Shown here: piece by piece, positions 50,663-61,946 of the stretch
How the letters are laid out: every line of letters begins with the position of its first letter
Numbering within the stretch: the stretch's first letter is position 1
Assembly (NCBI GenBank): GCA_003331645.1
Contig: QOPI01000003.1
Span: 1,883 to 65,882, forward strand
DNA length: 64,000 nucleotides
Source: SAR86 cluster bacterium
GTDB taxonomy: Bacteria > Pseudomonadota > Gammaproteobacteria > Magnimaribacterales > D2472
Reading direction: 5' to 3'
Notes under the pieces: model-generated
Database searches by the model: none
What the model was told of the DNA's origin: nothing
What the model saw: the letters and a program-made list of their open reading frames with translations, nothing else
Position numbers and translations under genes: made by a program

Positions 50663-51103
50663 TTATGATTTCTTAAAGTTTGATATAGCTTCTAATAAAG
50701 CTTTCTCGTATCCTTTTATCCCCATTCCAGAAAACACTCCTTCAGCTATATCTGAAAAGAATGATTGTTTTCGAAAATCTTCTCTGTTTAAGATATCTGA
50801 AATATGAATCTCATAAAATGGAATATTTACTCCCAAAAGAGCATCTCTGATAGCAATGCTTGTATGAGTAAAAGCTGCTGGATTTATCAAAATAACTTTT
50901 ATGTCTGATTTAACAGCATTATGTATAGCATCAATGAGCTCATGTTCAGCATTTGATTGAAGTGAAACTAATTCACACTCATGCTTTTCAGCTAGAATAT
51001 TTAGGTTCTGATTTAGCTCTTCTAAGTTTGTTTGGCCATAAATACTTTCTTCTCTTGTTCCAAGCAAATTAAGATTAGGTCCATTAAGTAATAATATTTT
51101 CAT
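50663..51103 (-). CDS. aroQ: type II 3-dehydroquinate dehydratase
   Basis: 146 aa. [14 protein letters not shown] and [16 protein letters not shown] motifs. Confidence 0.92.
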   Translation of the reverse strand: MKILLLNGPNLNLLGTREESIYGQTNLEELNQNLNILAEKHECELVSLQSNAEHELIDAIHNAVKSDIKVILINPAAFTHTSIAIRDALLGVNIPFYEIHISDILNREDFRKQSFFSDIAEGVFSGMGIKGYEKALLEAISNFKKS

Positions 51104-51135
51104 TTTTACTGATTTTAGCTGTATTTTAGCGGCTA

Positions 51136-51591
51136 TTATAGGATTTTATAAGAAATTCTAAATGACACTGTTTCCATTGGATAACAAAAACCAGCTTCAG
51201 CACAACCCCTATAGCTTACTTTAAGAATATCTTTATCAATATTCTCTATTTCTGGCATTAAAATTGAGATGCTAAATTTATTTCTTAAAATAGGGACATT
51301 CCCAAAAAACATATCGTCATATCTGCTTTGAGAGCTTTCTTTAATTTTATAAATAATATCAGCATCATTATATTGAATACGAATATCATCGAGATATAAA
51401 TAATGTTTTGGCGCTATATTCCAACTAAATAGCGACACTTTGTCACCAATATTTTCTTTAAGCATAAATGCTTCATCGACATTTAGTATATTATTCTGTT
51501 TTTGTATTTCCTCTAATAGGTCATTGCTATAAAGACTGCCATGAATAAATATTAATAAAAAGTATAATATTAGTGGAGCTCTATAAGTCAT
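51136..51591 (-). CDS. stand-alone periplasmic DsbD alpha (N-terminal) domain protein
   Basis: 151 aa. Signal peptide. DEAF..., [10 protein letters not shown] and [17 protein letters not shown] parallel E. coli DsbD-alpha (YQGCADAGFCYPPET), with both redox cysteines present. The ORF stops where the membrane beta domain would start. dsbD-aroQ-accBC synteny. Confidence 0.7.
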   Translation of the reverse strand: MTYRAPLILYFLLIFIHGSLYSNDLLEEIQKQNNILNVDEAFMLKENIGDKVSLFSWNIAPKHYLYLDDIRIQYNDADIIYKIKESSQSRYDDMFFGNVPILRNKFSISILMPEIENIDKDILKVSYRGCAEAGFCYPMETVSFRISYKIL

Positions 51592-51657
51592 TTATGCATT
51601 ATATTGAATTAATACTTAAAAAGAGATTGTTTTATTTATCAAGGTTTAAATTTTTGA

Positions 51658-52668
51658 ATGAATTACCGAAGAATTTTACTAAATATATTCTTTCTAATAC
51701 CTGCATGGGTCTTAAGAATATTTATATGGAAAAAAGATAAATATATAAGAGGTCAAGTATTAGATTTTAAATCCTCATTATTTATAGCTCTAACTCCAGT
51801 AAGCTTGCTAGCCAAAGTAGAATTTGCTGATGAGCTAAGAACAGCAATTAATGAAGCAAGGATTTCTACACCTGTTTCTTTAAAGCCCAAACAGCAAGTC
51901 CTTACAAAGGATCATTATTTAAACTCTGATAACTCACATATCTTATGTAGAGAATATTCACCTATAAAAATTTCTAAAGATAAAGTTATCTTATATTTTC
52001 ATGGTGGCGGTTATGTAATTGGAGATGTTATGACTCACGATAGATGGGTTTCAAATATGGCAAATTTTTTAGAAGCTAAAATTTTTTCACTAAATTATAG
52101 ATTAGCACCTGAGAATAAATTTCCTGATGCGCTGGATGATGCTTGTATGACACTAAGCTGGTTAAATAAATTAGGTTATAGTAATGAAAATATTAGTTTA
52201 TGTGGCGATAGTGCTGGCGCGCATCTTGCTGCAGCAACTTCAAACCACTTAGCCTTAAATAAAATGACATTGCCCTCGAGCCAATGTCTTATTTATCCTA
52301 TGATCAATCCTGATTGTTCATCAGAATCATATAACCTATTTGGAGATGGTTATTTTCTAACAAATGATACAATGATATGGTTTTGGGATCAGTTAAGAAA
52401 CTCTGATAAGGATAATAACGATATTAGATTTAATTTAAGCAAATTCCCTAAAGATTTAGAGAATCCAAAGACATTAATTATTACTGCTGGATTTGATCCT
52501 TTGTCTGATGAAGGCGAGGATTATGCAGCAACACTAAATAATAATGGAGTAAATGTAGAACACATTCATTATCCAAATATGTTTCATGGGTTTGTAACTA
52601 TGACTAAATTAAAAGCAGCAGAATATGCTGCAAACAATTTTCTAGAAGACTATAAAGAAATGTTATGA
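51658..52668 (+). CDS. alpha/beta hydrolase, hormone-sensitive-lipase-type esterase
   Basis: 336 aa. HGGGY oxyanion motif and GDSAGA nucleophile elbow. N-terminal hydrophobic helix. Confidence 0.8.
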   Translation: MNYRRILLNIFFLIPAWVLRIFIWKKDKYIRGQVLDFKSSLFIALTPVSLLAKVEFADELRTAINEARISTPVSLKPKQQVLTKDHYLNSDNSHILCREYSPIKISKDKVILYFHGGGYVIGDVMTHDRWVSNMANFLEAKIFSLNYRLAPENKFPDALDDACMTLSWLNKLGYSNENISLCGDSAGAHLAAATSNHLALNKMTLPSSQCLIYPMINPDCSSESYNLFGDGYFLTNDTMIWFWDQLRNSDKDNNDIRFNLSKFPKDLENPKTLIITAGFDPLSDEGEDYAATLNNNGVNVEHIHYPNMFHGFVTMTKLKAAEYAANNFLEDYKEML

Positions 52669-54263
52669 ATAAATTATTAGAAGTCCAAAATTTATCTGTA
52701 GATTTTAATGTACGCGATACTATATTTAGAGCGGTAGATGAAATTAGTTTAAATTTAGATAAAAATGAGACAATGGCACTCGTAGGAGAATCAGGGTCAG
52801 GCAAATCAGTTACAGCTATGTCCATTCTTCAGCTACTTCCTGAACTTAAGACAACATATCCTGAAAATTCTTCTATAGTATTTGATGGTATAGATATTCT
52901 TAAAGCAACTAATAATGAATTGCGATCTATTAGAGGCAATCAAATATCTATGATTTTTCAAGAGCCAATGACATCTTTAAATCCTTATCACAAAGTCGGC
53001 AAACAAATTATGGAATCTTCTCTTCTTCATTCTGGTGCAACTAGGTCAGATGCAGAGAAAGAAGCAAAAGATCTTATGGCACTAGTAGAAATTCCAGATG
53101 TCGAAAGGCGATTTCATGCATACCCTCATGAACTTTCCGGTGGTCAAAGACAGCGTATCATGATTGCCATGGCCCTTGTAAATAAACCAAAATTATTAAT
53201 TGCTGATGAGCCAACAACAGCTCTTGACGTAACAATTCAAGCACAAATCTTAGATTTGATGGGTAAATTGAAAGCGGAATTAGGTATGTCTATACTTTTT
53301 ATAACGCACGACTTAGGACTTGTAAGAGAGTTTTCAGACACTGTAAGTGTTATGAAGGATGGAAGAATTGTTGAACAAGGAAATACTCAGATGATTTTTG
53401 ATAATCCACAAGATGAATATACAAAAAAACTCTTAGATTCTGAGCCTCTGCCAAAAACAGATCTTTTGTTAGAAACTTCTTCGATGATTAAAGTTCAAAA
53501 TTTAAATATATATTATGATATTCCTTCAATTAATTTCTTTAAAAAGAATAGATTCCATGCAGTTAAAGATATCTCTTTTGATATTCAAAAAAATACTACT
53601 ATAGGACTAGTTGGCGAATCTGGATCTGGTAAATCTACATTAGGTAGGGCAATTGCTAATCTTATAAAGTACGAGGGAGAAATACTATACCAGGGTAAAG
53701 ATTTGCAGTCTTTCAATTCAAGAGATATGCAAAATCTTAAAAAGGATATTCAAATTATTTTCCAAGATCCTTATGGATCTTTATCTCCAAGAATGACGAT
53801 TGGAGAAATAATTGGAGAAGGTTTAGATGTACATTTTCAACTTACAAAAGAAGAAAAAAATACAAAGATTGATGAGGCAATGAGTGATGTTGGGATAGAT
53901 CCTGGCATGAAGTTTAAGTATCCTCATGAATTTTCAGGAGGACAACGACAGAGAATTGCAATAGCTAGGTCAATAATTCTCCAACCAGCATTTATGATAC
54001 TTGATGAGCCCACATCCGCCTTGGATAGATCTATTCAAATTCAAATAATCAACCTATTGAAAAATATTCAAGAAAAATATGAATTAACTTATCTATTTAT
54101 TAGCCATGATTTAAAAGTAATTAGATCAGTATCTGATTCTATATTTGTAATGCAAGATGGTAATCTTGTTGAATCTGGCAAAGCTGATGAAGTTTTTGAT
54201 AATCCAAAAAAAGATTACACCAATAAATTGCTTACGGCGGCATTAAAATATGCTACTAATTAA
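52665..54263 (+). CDS. tandem (two-domain) ABC ATPase of the oligopeptide/YejF type, with no adjacent permease
   Basis: 532 aa. Two Walker A motifs (GESGSGKS twice), two signatures ([16 protein letters not shown]), two FDNPxxxYTxKLL C-terminal extensions. Confidence 0.85.
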   Translation: MNKLLEVQNLSVDFNVRDTIFRAVDEISLNLDKNETMALVGESGSGKSVTAMSILQLLPELKTTYPENSSIVFDGIDILKATNNELRSIRGNQISMIFQEPMTSLNPYHKVGKQIMESSLLHSGATRSDAEKEAKDLMALVEIPDVERRFHAYPHELSGGQRQRIMIAMALVNKPKLLIADEPTTALDVTIQAQILDLMGKLKAELGMSILFITHDLGLVREFSDTVSVMKDGRIVEQGNTQMIFDNPQDEYTKKLLDSEPLPKTDLLLETSSMIKVQNLNIYYDIPSINFFKKNRFHAVKDISFDIQKNTTIGLVGESGSGKSTLGRAIANLIKYEGEILYQGKDLQSFNSRDMQNLKKDIQIIFQDPYGSLSPRMTIGEIIGEGLDVHFQLTKEEKNTKIDEAMSDVGIDPGMKFKYPHEFSGGQRQRIAIARSIILQPAFMILDEPTSALDRSIQIQIINLLKNIQEKYELTYLFISHDLKVIRSVSDSIFVMQDGNLVESGKADEVFDNPKKDYTNKLLTAALKYATN

Positions 54264-54265
54264 AT

Positions 54266-55927
54266 ATGACTAATAGAAAATATTCAAAAGATTTAGTTGA
54301 TGGGCCTAATCAAGCTGCATCTAGATCTATGCTCAGAGGTGCTGGCTTTACAAGCGAAGATTTTAATAAGCCTTTTGTTGGTATAGCTTCAACTGGAGCA
54401 AAAGTAACCCCATGTAATATGCATATAAATGATTTAGCTGATGTTGTTGAAGGATCTATTAACAAAGCTGGAGGCAAAGGAGTCCTATTTAATACTATTA
54501 CAGTATCTGATGGTATTTCTATGGGAACTCAAGGGATGAAATATTCTCTTGTTTCTAGAGAAGTTATTGCTGATTCAATCGAAACTGTTGTTGGATGTCT
54601 TGGTTATGATGGTGTCATTGCAATTGGTGGATGTGATAAAAATATGCCAGGCTGCTTAATTGGCTTAGCAAGGTTAAATAGACCTTCTATTTTTATTTAT
54701 GGTGGATCTATTCGCCCAAGTAAAGAAAATACAGATTATGTTACTGTTTGCGAAAAGGTAGGTGAATTTGCAAAAGGTGACATATCAGAACAAGAATTAA
54801 TAGAAGTGGAAACAATTTCAGTAAAAGGTCCAGGCTCATGCGGAGGAATGTACACAGCAAATACAATGGCTTCGGCGATTGAGGCTTTAGGAATGAGCTT
54901 ACCCGGTAGTAGCAGTCAAGATGCTCTATCTGATAACAAACTTAATGATTGCAAAGCTTCTGGCAAAGCAGTAATGCATTTACTCGATAAGGATATAAAA
55001 CCATCTGATATTATGACCAAGAAGGCCTTTGAAAATGCAATAACTGTTGTTATAGCGCTTGGAGGTTCGACCAATGCTGTTTTACATTTATTAGCTATGG
55101 CATATGCAATTGGAGTTGAATTAGATTTAGATGATTTTAGTAAAATTGGTAAAAAAACACCTGTGCTAGCTGATTTAAAACCTTTTGGAAGCCATTTTAT
55201 GTCTCAATTAAATGCTCAAGGAGGTATTGAACCATTAATGAAAATGTTACTTGAGCAAGGACTCCTCCATGGAGACTGTTTAACTGTGACTGGGAAAACT
55301 ATTGCAGAGAATCTTAAAAACATAAAAGGTTATTCAAAAGATCAATCAATTATTATGGGATTAGATAAACCAATTAAAAATAATAGCCACTTAAGAATTC
55401 TATATGGAAATTTATCACCCGAAGGCTCTGTTGCAAAAATTACTGGTAAAGAAGGCACCTCATTTACAGGACTGGCTAAAGTATATAATTCAGAAGAAGA
55501 AGGCCTAAAAGCAATTCTAGATAAAAAAATTCAAACTGGCGATGTAATTATAATTAGATATGAAGGACCTAAAGGAGGCCCCGGAATGCGAGAAATGCTT
55601 AAGCCAACTTCTGCAATTATGGGACAAGGATTAGGAGATAAGGTTGCGTTTTTAACTGATGGTAGATTTTCGGGTGGAACTCATGGTTTTGTAGTTGGGC
55701 ATATAACTCCTGAGGCCTTTGATGGAGGACCATTAGCACTAGTCAAAGATGGTGATCAAATCACTATCGATGCAGAAAATGATCAGCTAGTATTAGATAT
55801 ATCAAAAGAAGAAATGCAAAAGAGGAAACAGGAATGGGTTAATCCAATAACACTTCCAAAAAAAGGAGTCTTGGCAAAATATGCAAAAAGTGTAAAATCT
55901 GCAAGCCTTGGTGCTATAACTGATTAA
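54266..55927 (+). CDS. ilvD: dihydroxy-acid dehydratase
   Basis: 553 aa. [29 protein letters not shown] motifs. Confidence 0.92.
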   Translation: MTNRKYSKDLVDGPNQAASRSMLRGAGFTSEDFNKPFVGIASTGAKVTPCNMHINDLADVVEGSINKAGGKGVLFNTITVSDGISMGTQGMKYSLVSREVIADSIETVVGCLGYDGVIAIGGCDKNMPGCLIGLARLNRPSIFIYGGSIRPSKENTDYVTVCEKVGEFAKGDISEQELIEVETISVKGPGSCGGMYTANTMASAIEALGMSLPGSSSQDALSDNKLNDCKASGKAVMHLLDKDIKPSDIMTKKAFENAITVVIALGGSTNAVLHLLAMAYAIGVELDLDDFSKIGKKTPVLADLKPFGSHFMSQLNAQGGIEPLMKMLLEQGLLHGDCLTVTGKTIAENLKNIKGYSKDQSIIMGLDKPIKNNSHLRILYGNLSPEGSVAKITGKEGTSFTGLAKVYNSEEEGLKAILDKKIQTGDVIIIRYEGPKGGPGMREMLKPTSAIMGQGLGDKVAFLTDGRFSGGTHGFVVGHITPEAFDGGPLALVKDGDQITIDAENDQLVLDISKEEMQKRKQEWVNPITLPKKGVLAKYAKSVKSASLGAITD

Positions 55928-55946
55928 AATTCCTTAAATAATTTTT

Positions 55947-56939
55947 ATGTTTACTAAAAGAAAATTTCCAAATACTCGATTAAGACGACTTCGTTCTAAA
56001 CCTTATTTAAGAGATTTGGTAAGAGAAAATAACCTAACAGCAAATGATTTAATTCAACCTCTATTTATAAAAGAGGATTTAAAAGGAACAGAAATAATTG
56101 AACAAATGCCAGGAATATTAAGATATGGTCTTGATTCAATAGTTGGGGAAATTACGGAGCTTGTAGACTTGGGTATTAAATCAGTTGCTCTTTTCCCAGT
56201 CATTAATGCTAATAAAAAAGACGCTGATGGCAGTGAAGCAATAAACAATAATAATCTTTTATGTACTGCAATAAAGGAAATTAAATCGGCTGTACCAGAA
56301 ATTATAATTATTTCAGATGTAGCATTGGATCCATATACAACTCATGGGCATGATGGAATTTTGATTAATGATTATGTTGATAATGATAAAACTCTAGATC
56401 AACTTGTAAAGCAATCTATTGCACTTGCAAAAAGCGGTGCAGATATTCTTGCTCCTTCAGACATGATGGATGGCAGAATTAAATCAATTAGAAAAGCTTT
56501 AGAAGCAAATGATTATAAAAATACTATTCTTTTATCTTATGCTGCTAAATATAGTTCAAAGTTTTATGGGCCTTTTAGGAATGCAGTTGGCTCAAGTTCA
56601 AATCTTGGAAAATCAAGCAAAGCAGAATATCAGATGGATGTTGCAAATTCAGATGAAGCACTTCATGAAGTTGCATTAGATCTAAGCGAAGGTGCTGACA
56701 TTGTTATGGTAAAGCCTGGAATGCCGTATCTTGATATTATTACAAAAGTTAAAGACACTTTTAATGTACCAACATTTGCCTATCAAGTCAGTGGAGAGTA
56801 CAGTATGCTTAAATCAGCAATAAACAATCAGTGGCTTGAATCAGATGTGATAATTGAATCACTTTTGTGTTTTAAGCGAGCTGGCGCTGATGCAGTCCTA
56901 ACATATGCGGCAAAAGAAATAATTAAGGAGTTAAATTAA
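55947..56939 (+). CDS. hemB: porphobilinogen synthase (Asp-rich, non-zinc type)
   Basis: 330 aa. RLRRLR N-terminus. DVALDPYTTHGHDG replaces the Cys-rich zinc site. Active-site lysines in the MVKPG context. Confidence 0.92.
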   Translation: MFTKRKFPNTRLRRLRSKPYLRDLVRENNLTANDLIQPLFIKEDLKGTEIIEQMPGILRYGLDSIVGEITELVDLGIKSVALFPVINANKKDADGSEAINNNNLLCTAIKEIKSAVPEIIIISDVALDPYTTHGHDGILINDYVDNDKTLDQLVKQSIALAKSGADILAPSDMMDGRIKSIRKALEANDYKNTILLSYAAKYSSKFYGPFRNAVGSSSNLGKSSKAEYQMDVANSDEALHEVALDLSEGADIVMVKPGMPYLDIITKVKDTFNVPTFAYQVSGEYSMLKSAINNQWLESDVIIESLLCFKRAGADAVLTYAAKEIIKELN

Positions 56940-57262
56940 TGAGTAATGTAGTTGAAGTAAATGTTGATAACTTTGAGTCTGAGGTTTTATCTTCTGAAAT
57001 GCCAGTATTGGTAGATTTCTGGGCAGAATGGTGTGGACCATGTAAACAATTAGGACCAACTGTTGAAGAGGTTGCTAACGATTACTCTGATAACTTAAAA
57101 GTTTGTAAGATGGATGTTGATTCAAGTCGAGATATTGCAGCAAAATATGGCATTAGGTCAATTCCAACATTAATTATATTTAAGGAGGGGGAGCCTTCAA
57201 GAACTGAAATAGGAGCATTGTCTAAACAACAACTTGTAGAGTTTGTAGATTCAGAGATTTAA
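56939..57262 (+). CDS. trxA: thioredoxin
   Basis: 107 aa. WCGPC active site. trxA-rho synteny. Confidence 0.93.
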   Translation: MSNVVEVNVDNFESEVLSSEMPVLVDFWAEWCGPCKQLGPTVEEVANDYSDNLKVCKMDVDSSRDIAAKYGIRSIPTLIIFKEGEPSRTEIGALSKQQLVEFVDSEI

Positions 57263-57369
57263 AAACGATACATAAGTTTTGCATCTTTTATAAAAAAGAT
57301 TTATCATTTTCACATCTGGCCAGGGGGCTTTCCTAGTTTTCAATTCCACTAATATTAGGTGAACAACGC

Positions 57370-58644
57370 ATGAATTTAACAGATATTAAAATTAAACCTA
57401 TCAGCGAGCTAGTTGATATAGCTACTGATTTGGGTTTAGAGGATGTCGGTAGATTAAAAAAACAAGACATTATTTTTAAAATATTCAAACACCAATCTGG
57501 TGAGGGTATCGATATTTATGGCGGCGGCGTCTTAGAAATTCTTAATGATGGTTTTGGATTTTTAAGGTCTCCCGAAGGCTCATATTGTGCTGGACCTGAC
57601 GATATCTATGTATCTCCAAGTCAAATTAGAAAGTTTAGTCTTAGAAAAGGCGATTCAGTGCATGGAAAAATTAGACCCCCAAAAGATCAAGAAAGGTATT
57701 TCGCACTAGTACATTTAGATACTATTAATGGAGAAGCTCCAAATAAAACTAAAAGCAAGATATTATTTGAAAATTTAACGCCACTCTTTCCAAATCAAAG
57801 ATTAGGATTAGAACAAGGAAGCGGTTCTAATGAAGATCTTTCCTCTAGAATTATTGATTTAATTGCTCCAATTGGAAAAGGTCAAAGAGGTTTAATTGTT
57901 TCGCCACCAAAAGCAGGTAAAACATTAATGCTTCAAAGCATTGCTCACTCAATTAAAAATAATAATCCTGAGGTAGAGTTAATAGTTCTTTTAATTGATG
58001 AAAGACCTGAAGAGGTTACTGAGATGTCTAGAACTGTAAAAGGCGAAGTTGTTGCAAGTACATTTGATGAGCCGCCATCAAGGCACGTTCAAGTAGCAAA
58101 TATGGTAATTGAAAAAGCTAAAAGGTTAGTTGAACATAAAAAAGATGTTGTTATCCTGCTGGATTCAATCACCAGACTGGGTAGAGCATATAACTCTGTT
58201 CAGCCTGCTTCAGGCAAAATCTTAAGTGGTGGAGTTGACTCAAATGCTCTAGAGAGACCTAAAAGATTTTTTGGAGCTGCTAGAAACTTAGAAGAGGGCG
58301 GGAGTTTGACTATTTTAGCAACTGCTCTCGTTGATACCGGGTCAAAAATGGATGAAGTAATTTACGAAGAATTTAAAGGCACAGGTAATATGGAAATTCA
58401 TCTTGAAAGAAAAATAGCAGAAAAAAGAATTTATCCAGCTATTAATATTAGAAGGTCTGGAACCAGAAGAGAAGATCTTCTTACAACTGATGAAGAGCTC
58501 CAAAGAATGTGGGTTTTAAGAAAGATTCTAGATGAGATGGAGGACGCTCAAGGAATTCAGTTCTTAATTGATAGATTAAAATCATTTAAGACGAATGATG
58601 AATTCTTCTCATCTATGAAAAACGGTAATGGAAAGTCTAAATAA
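57370..58644 (+). CDS. rho: transcription termination factor Rho
   Basis: 424 aa. N-terminal RNA-binding domain (GFGFLR), Walker A PPKAGKT, RecA-type core. Confidence 0.95.
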   Translation: MNLTDIKIKPISELVDIATDLGLEDVGRLKKQDIIFKIFKHQSGEGIDIYGGGVLEILNDGFGFLRSPEGSYCAGPDDIYVSPSQIRKFSLRKGDSVHGKIRPPKDQERYFALVHLDTINGEAPNKTKSKILFENLTPLFPNQRLGLEQGSGSNEDLSSRIIDLIAPIGKGQRGLIVSPPKAGKTLMLQSIAHSIKNNNPEVELIVLLIDERPEEVTEMSRTVKGEVVASTFDEPPSRHVQVANMVIEKAKRLVEHKKDVVILLDSITRLGRAYNSVQPASGKILSGGVDSNALERPKRFFGAARNLEEGGSLTILATALVDTGSKMDEVIYEEFKGTGNMEIHLERKIAEKRIYPAINIRRSGTRREDLLTTDEELQRMWVLRKILDEMEDAQGIQFLIDRLKSFKTNDEFFSSMKNGNGKSK

Positions 58645-59350
58645 AGCTTTTTGCTAAATCTAGCATAGATTTATCAGTTGGTTCTTTTGCTGCAAATACT
58701 TGTAAATCCTTATTTTTAACCAACATCTCAATTTTATTTTTTATCCTTTTAGAAGCAGTTACTAAAATTTTCTTATCTAAAAATAAGGGATCGACTGATT
58801 TATAAATAAAATCAAAAGTTAGAAAGTTGTATATAAGAATAACTTTGTGATTTTTTGTTATTTTTTTTATATTTTGAGCATTAAATTTTAATTTATAACA
58901 GATTATTTCATCAAGGTTATTGAGATTTTTTTGTAAAAACTTATTGGAATTATCTCCGCAAAATAACAAATTTCTTCCAGGGTATTTTTCTTGTATTAGC
59001 TCTAATAATGCTCTTGAAGATGATTCATTCGGACTTATCGAATCTATACCTTTTTTCAAAAGGATTTGTTTTGTGGCAGGACCTATTGAAAATATCTTTA
59101 AAATATCTAGATCAATACTTATATTTTTTTGAAGTATTCTTAAACCAATTTCAGCAGAAGCTTGGCTAGTAAAAATTATATTCTTATAAGCACTTATCTT
59201 ATTTAGATATCCTGCAGAACTTTGGAAATCTTGTTCTAAATCTAGCGATACTATTTCAGAAAGGTGCGCATTTAAAATTTCTAAATTAAGATTATTAGAC
59301 AATTCAATAAGCTTATCTGATAACAATCTTGGCCGAGTATTAACTATCAT
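58637..59350 (-). CDS. hemD: uroporphyrinogen-III synthase
   Basis: 237 aa. Overlaps and follows hemC. Divergent, but has the HemD length and two-lobe pattern (FTSQASAE..). Confidence 0.65.
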   Translation of the reverse strand: MIVNTRPRLLSDKLIELSNNLNLEILNAHLSEIVSLDLEQDFQSSAGYLNKISAYKNIIFTSQASAEIGLRILQKNISIDLDILKIFSIGPATKQILLKKGIDSISPNESSSRALLELIQEKYPGRNLLFCGDNSNKFLQKNLNNLDEIICYKLKFNAQNIKKITKNHKVILIYNFLTFDFIYKSVDPLFLDKKILVTASKRIKNKIEMLVKNKDLQVFAAKEPTDKSMLDLAKSFI

Positions 59351-60252
59351 GATTTCAATATTATTTTGTTAGCATTATTTTTTATAAAATCTTTAGCTAA
59401 GTAAGTAATATCGGTATTTAAATTTGTGATATCAGACTCAATCTCTTTATAAATTTTTTCAGATCCATTTTGAGAAAGCACTTTAGCTTTTACAGATACC
59501 TTATTATTTTTATGTACACAATAAACTGCAATTGGAGACAAGCAATTTCCATTAAGTTCAGCTACAAATTTCCTTTCTGCTATTGCAAGTCTAAATTCAT
59601 CCTCATTATTTATTTGATTAAGAATATTAACTATTTGAGTGTTTGAAGAAAGGCATTCAGCAGCAATAAAACCTTGCGATGCCGCAGGCAACATTTCATC
59701 AAGAGAACATTCATACGAATGGTCTAATTTAATATTTAGCCTGTTTAAGGCAGCTTTGGCAACTATCAAACCATCAAAATCACCCCTATTTAATTTTTCA
59801 ATCCTGGTTGCAATATTACCTCTTACAGGAGTCGTTTTTATGTCAGGCCTAAGATTAAGTATTTGAGATTTTCTTCTTGGACTTGAAGTCCCAATAACAG
59901 ATTCGCTAGTCATGTTTGTTAATGTTGCACCATCTTTTGACAATAAGATGTCCGAAGGAGATTCTCTTTCAAACACAGCAGCTATTTTGAATTTCTTATC
60001 TAATGTTGCAGGTACATCTTTTAAACTATGCACAGCTATATCAGCTTCATCTGCGAGTAAAGCAGATTCAAGCTTATTAACAAATAAACCTTTGCCACCA
60101 ATCTCATGTAAAGGCTTTTCAGTTTGATCACCATCAGATAAAAGCGGGACTAGTTCAGTATCTATATTATTTAATTTACTTAATTTATTTGCCACATACT
60201 TAGCTTGCAATATTGCTAGTTCAGATTTTCTTGTCGCTATTCTAATTTTCAT
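59347..60252 (-). CDS. hemC: hydroxymethylbilane synthase
   Basis: 301 aa. IRIATRKSELAILQA, HSLKDVP, GTSSPRR, RGNIATR motifs. Confidence 0.92.
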   Translation of the reverse strand: MKIRIATRKSELAILQAKYVANKLSKLNNIDTELVPLLSDGDQTEKPLHEIGGKGLFVNKLESALLADEADIAVHSLKDVPATLDKKFKIAAVFERESPSDILLSKDGATLTNMTSESVIGTSSPRRKSQILNLRPDIKTTPVRGNIATRIEKLNRGDFDGLIVAKAALNRLNIKLDHSYECSLDEMLPAASQGFIAAECLSSNTQIVNILNQINNEDEFRLAIAERKFVAELNGNCLSPIAVYCVHKNNKVSVKAKVLSQNGSEKIYKEIESDITNLNTDITYLAKDFIKNNANKIILKS

Positions 60253-60802
60253 TTATACATAAAAGCAAAGCTTTAACATCACCTATAGATTTCTCTTTAA
60301 GGATTTTAAAAGGTTTTGGAATTTTAATATCAGTGAATTTACTATACTCAAGATAGATTTTACATGAAGATTTTATTTTTTCTTGCTGAATTAAAAGATT
60401 TAATATTTTTAATTCATAATCTTTGTCGAAAGGAGGATCTAAAAAGATAAAGTCGTATTCTGACAAGCTATTATTTTTTATCCAAATATATGCATCTTTA
60501 AAATAAACTTTCGAAAGTTTTTTTAATTCAAGTGATTCAAGGCTTTTTAATAATTGTAAATAATTTCTCTTATGAAGTTCTACAAATGTAGCTTTACTTG
60601 ATCCTCTTGAAAGCGCTTCAATACCTATAGAGCCTGTTCCAGCAAAAAGATCTAAGCAAATAGAATTTTGTATTTCAAACTGGATCCAATTAAAAAGAAC
60701 TTCCTTTAATTTATTCGATGTAGGCCTTAATGAACTCTTATGATCAAATAGAATTCTTTTGCCTTTTAAAATTCCTCCAGAAATTCTTATACTATTTTTC
60801 AT
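60242..60802 (-). CDS. rsmD: 16S rRNA (guanine966-N2)-methyltransferase
   Basis: IRISGGILKGKRI start pattern, DLFAGTGSIGIEALSRG SAM motif, DPPF. I prefer the Met at 60802 over the track start at 60832. Confidence 0.8.
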   Translation of the reverse strand: MKNSIRISGGILKGKRILFDHKSSLRPTSNKLKEVLFNWIQFEIQNSICLDLFAGTGSIGIEALSRGSSKATFVELHKRNYLQLLKSLESLELKKLSKVYFKDAYIWIKNNSLSEYDFIFLDPPFDKDYELKILNLLIQQEKIKSSCKIYLEYSKFTDIKIPKPFKILKEKSIGDVKALLLCINEN

Positions 60803-60835
60803 AAAAAATACTTTTATATTAGTATAATTCATAAC

Positions 60836-61279
60836 ATGAAAATTAATCTTTCAAAAAATTTTATATTATCTAATTTTGTATTTTTATTTTTACCAGTATT
60901 GATCCATGTTCCTTTAATTTCTGCAGATGATTGTAAGACTGGCGAACCTAAGGTATTTTTTATTACACCTAAAGATGGAGATAAACTTATATCACCAATT
61001 AAAGTTATTTTTGGTATTGAGAATTTTAATATTTCACCAGCAGGAATAGATAAATGTGATTCAGGTCATCACCATTTAATTATTGATGCAAAATTGCCTG
61101 ATCCAAATTTACCAATACCAAGCTCTAATAACTATATCCATTTTGGAGCAGGTCAAACAGAAACTGAATTAGTGTTAGAGCCTGGCAAGCATTCACTTAG
61201 ATTGCTTATGGGAAATTTTGCACATTTACCGCAATTTTCTTCAGAAGAAATAAAAATTGAAGTTATAGAAACTAAATAG
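60836..61279 (+). CDS. DUF4399-like secreted protein
   Basis: 147 aa. Signal peptide. GHHHLIID motif characteristic of DUF4399. Confidence 0.55.
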   Translation: MKINLSKNFILSNFVFLFLPVLIHVPLISADDCKTGEPKVFFITPKDGDKLISPIKVIFGIENFNISPAGIDKCDSGHHHLIIDAKLPDPNLPIPSSNNYIHFGAGQTETELVLEPGKHSLRLLMGNFAHLPQFSSEEIKIEVIETK

Positions 61280-61874
61280 CTAAAATAGAATTAACAGATC
61301 TTTCTATATATTTATCAAGATCTTTTGACAAATTCATCATAAGCATGAGAGGGCCGCCATCTATACCCTCTGGACCTATAGCCTGAGTTTTTTTAAGAAT
61401 CCCTACTAAGCCATGAACAAAAGCCCATACTGCTAGTGCTTTTTCAGCTACGACCTCTTCTGAAACATTTTTATGACCATTATCTTCGTAATGGAAAACC
61501 AAATCTTTTTTTAAAGATTCGAAAGTACCTCGAGATGCTTGTAAAAGATTTGGATAATTTGAAAAAGAAAATGCTGTACCAAACATTAGGTCATAGGTAT
61601 TTGGATTTTTTAATGCAAAATCACAGTACGCAAGACCTTTTTCAAGAAATTTGGCAGAATCACTTACGCTATTACTTAATTTTATAAATCCTAAAGCAGC
61701 AACTTCAGCCAAGAGTTCTTCTTTTGTATCAAAATGTCTATATGGGGCAGTTTGTGAGACATCCAATGATTTTGCTAAGTTTCTTAGACTTATATTCTCC
61801 CAACCTAGATCTTCACATGCAGAACATGCTTCTTTAATAAGGTTCTCTCTTAAGTTGCCATGATGATATTTCAT
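61272..61874 (-). CDS. TetR/AcrR family transcriptional regulator
   Basis: 200 aa. N-terminal HTH (ISLRNLAKSLDVSQTAPYRHFDTKEELL). Divergent from an MFP/RND efflux pair. Confidence 0.85.
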   Translation of the reverse strand: MKYHHGNLRENLIKEACSACEDLGWENISLRNLAKSLDVSQTAPYRHFDTKEELLAEVAALGFIKLSNSVSDSAKFLEKGLAYCDFALKNPNTYDLMFGTAFSFSNYPNLLQASRGTFESLKKDLVFHYEDNGHKNVSEEVVAEKALAVWAFVHGLVGILKKTQAIGPEGIDGGPLMLMMNLSKDLDKYIERSVNSILAI

Positions 61875-61897
61875 TTTAAAAGTTCATTATTAATATG

Positions 61898-61925
61898 TTG
61901 ACACTGTAAACATAAAAATTATAAT
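61898..61925 (+). promoter_or_regulatory. consensus sigma70-type promoter for the MFP/RND operon
   Basis: TTGACA (61898-61903), a 16-nt spacer, then TATAAT (61920-61925). Confidence 0.7.
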
Positions 61926-61946
61926 ATGTGTTCACTGTAAACATTA
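61902..61946 (+). promoter_or_regulatory. pair of direct-repeat operator sites (CACTGTAAACAT), presumed TetR binding sites
   Basis: Exact 12-mers at 61902-61913 (overlapping the -35) and 61933-61944 (just downstream of the -10), 31 bp apart. Confidence 0.65.

Noticed and set aside
57263-57369. Possible structured leader or attenuator RNA upstream of rho.
   Set aside because: Rho autoregulation through its leader is established in E. coli. Here I only see a weak AT-rich hairpin (atctttt/aaaagat) and no convincing conserved structure. The evidence is insufficient to call a feature.
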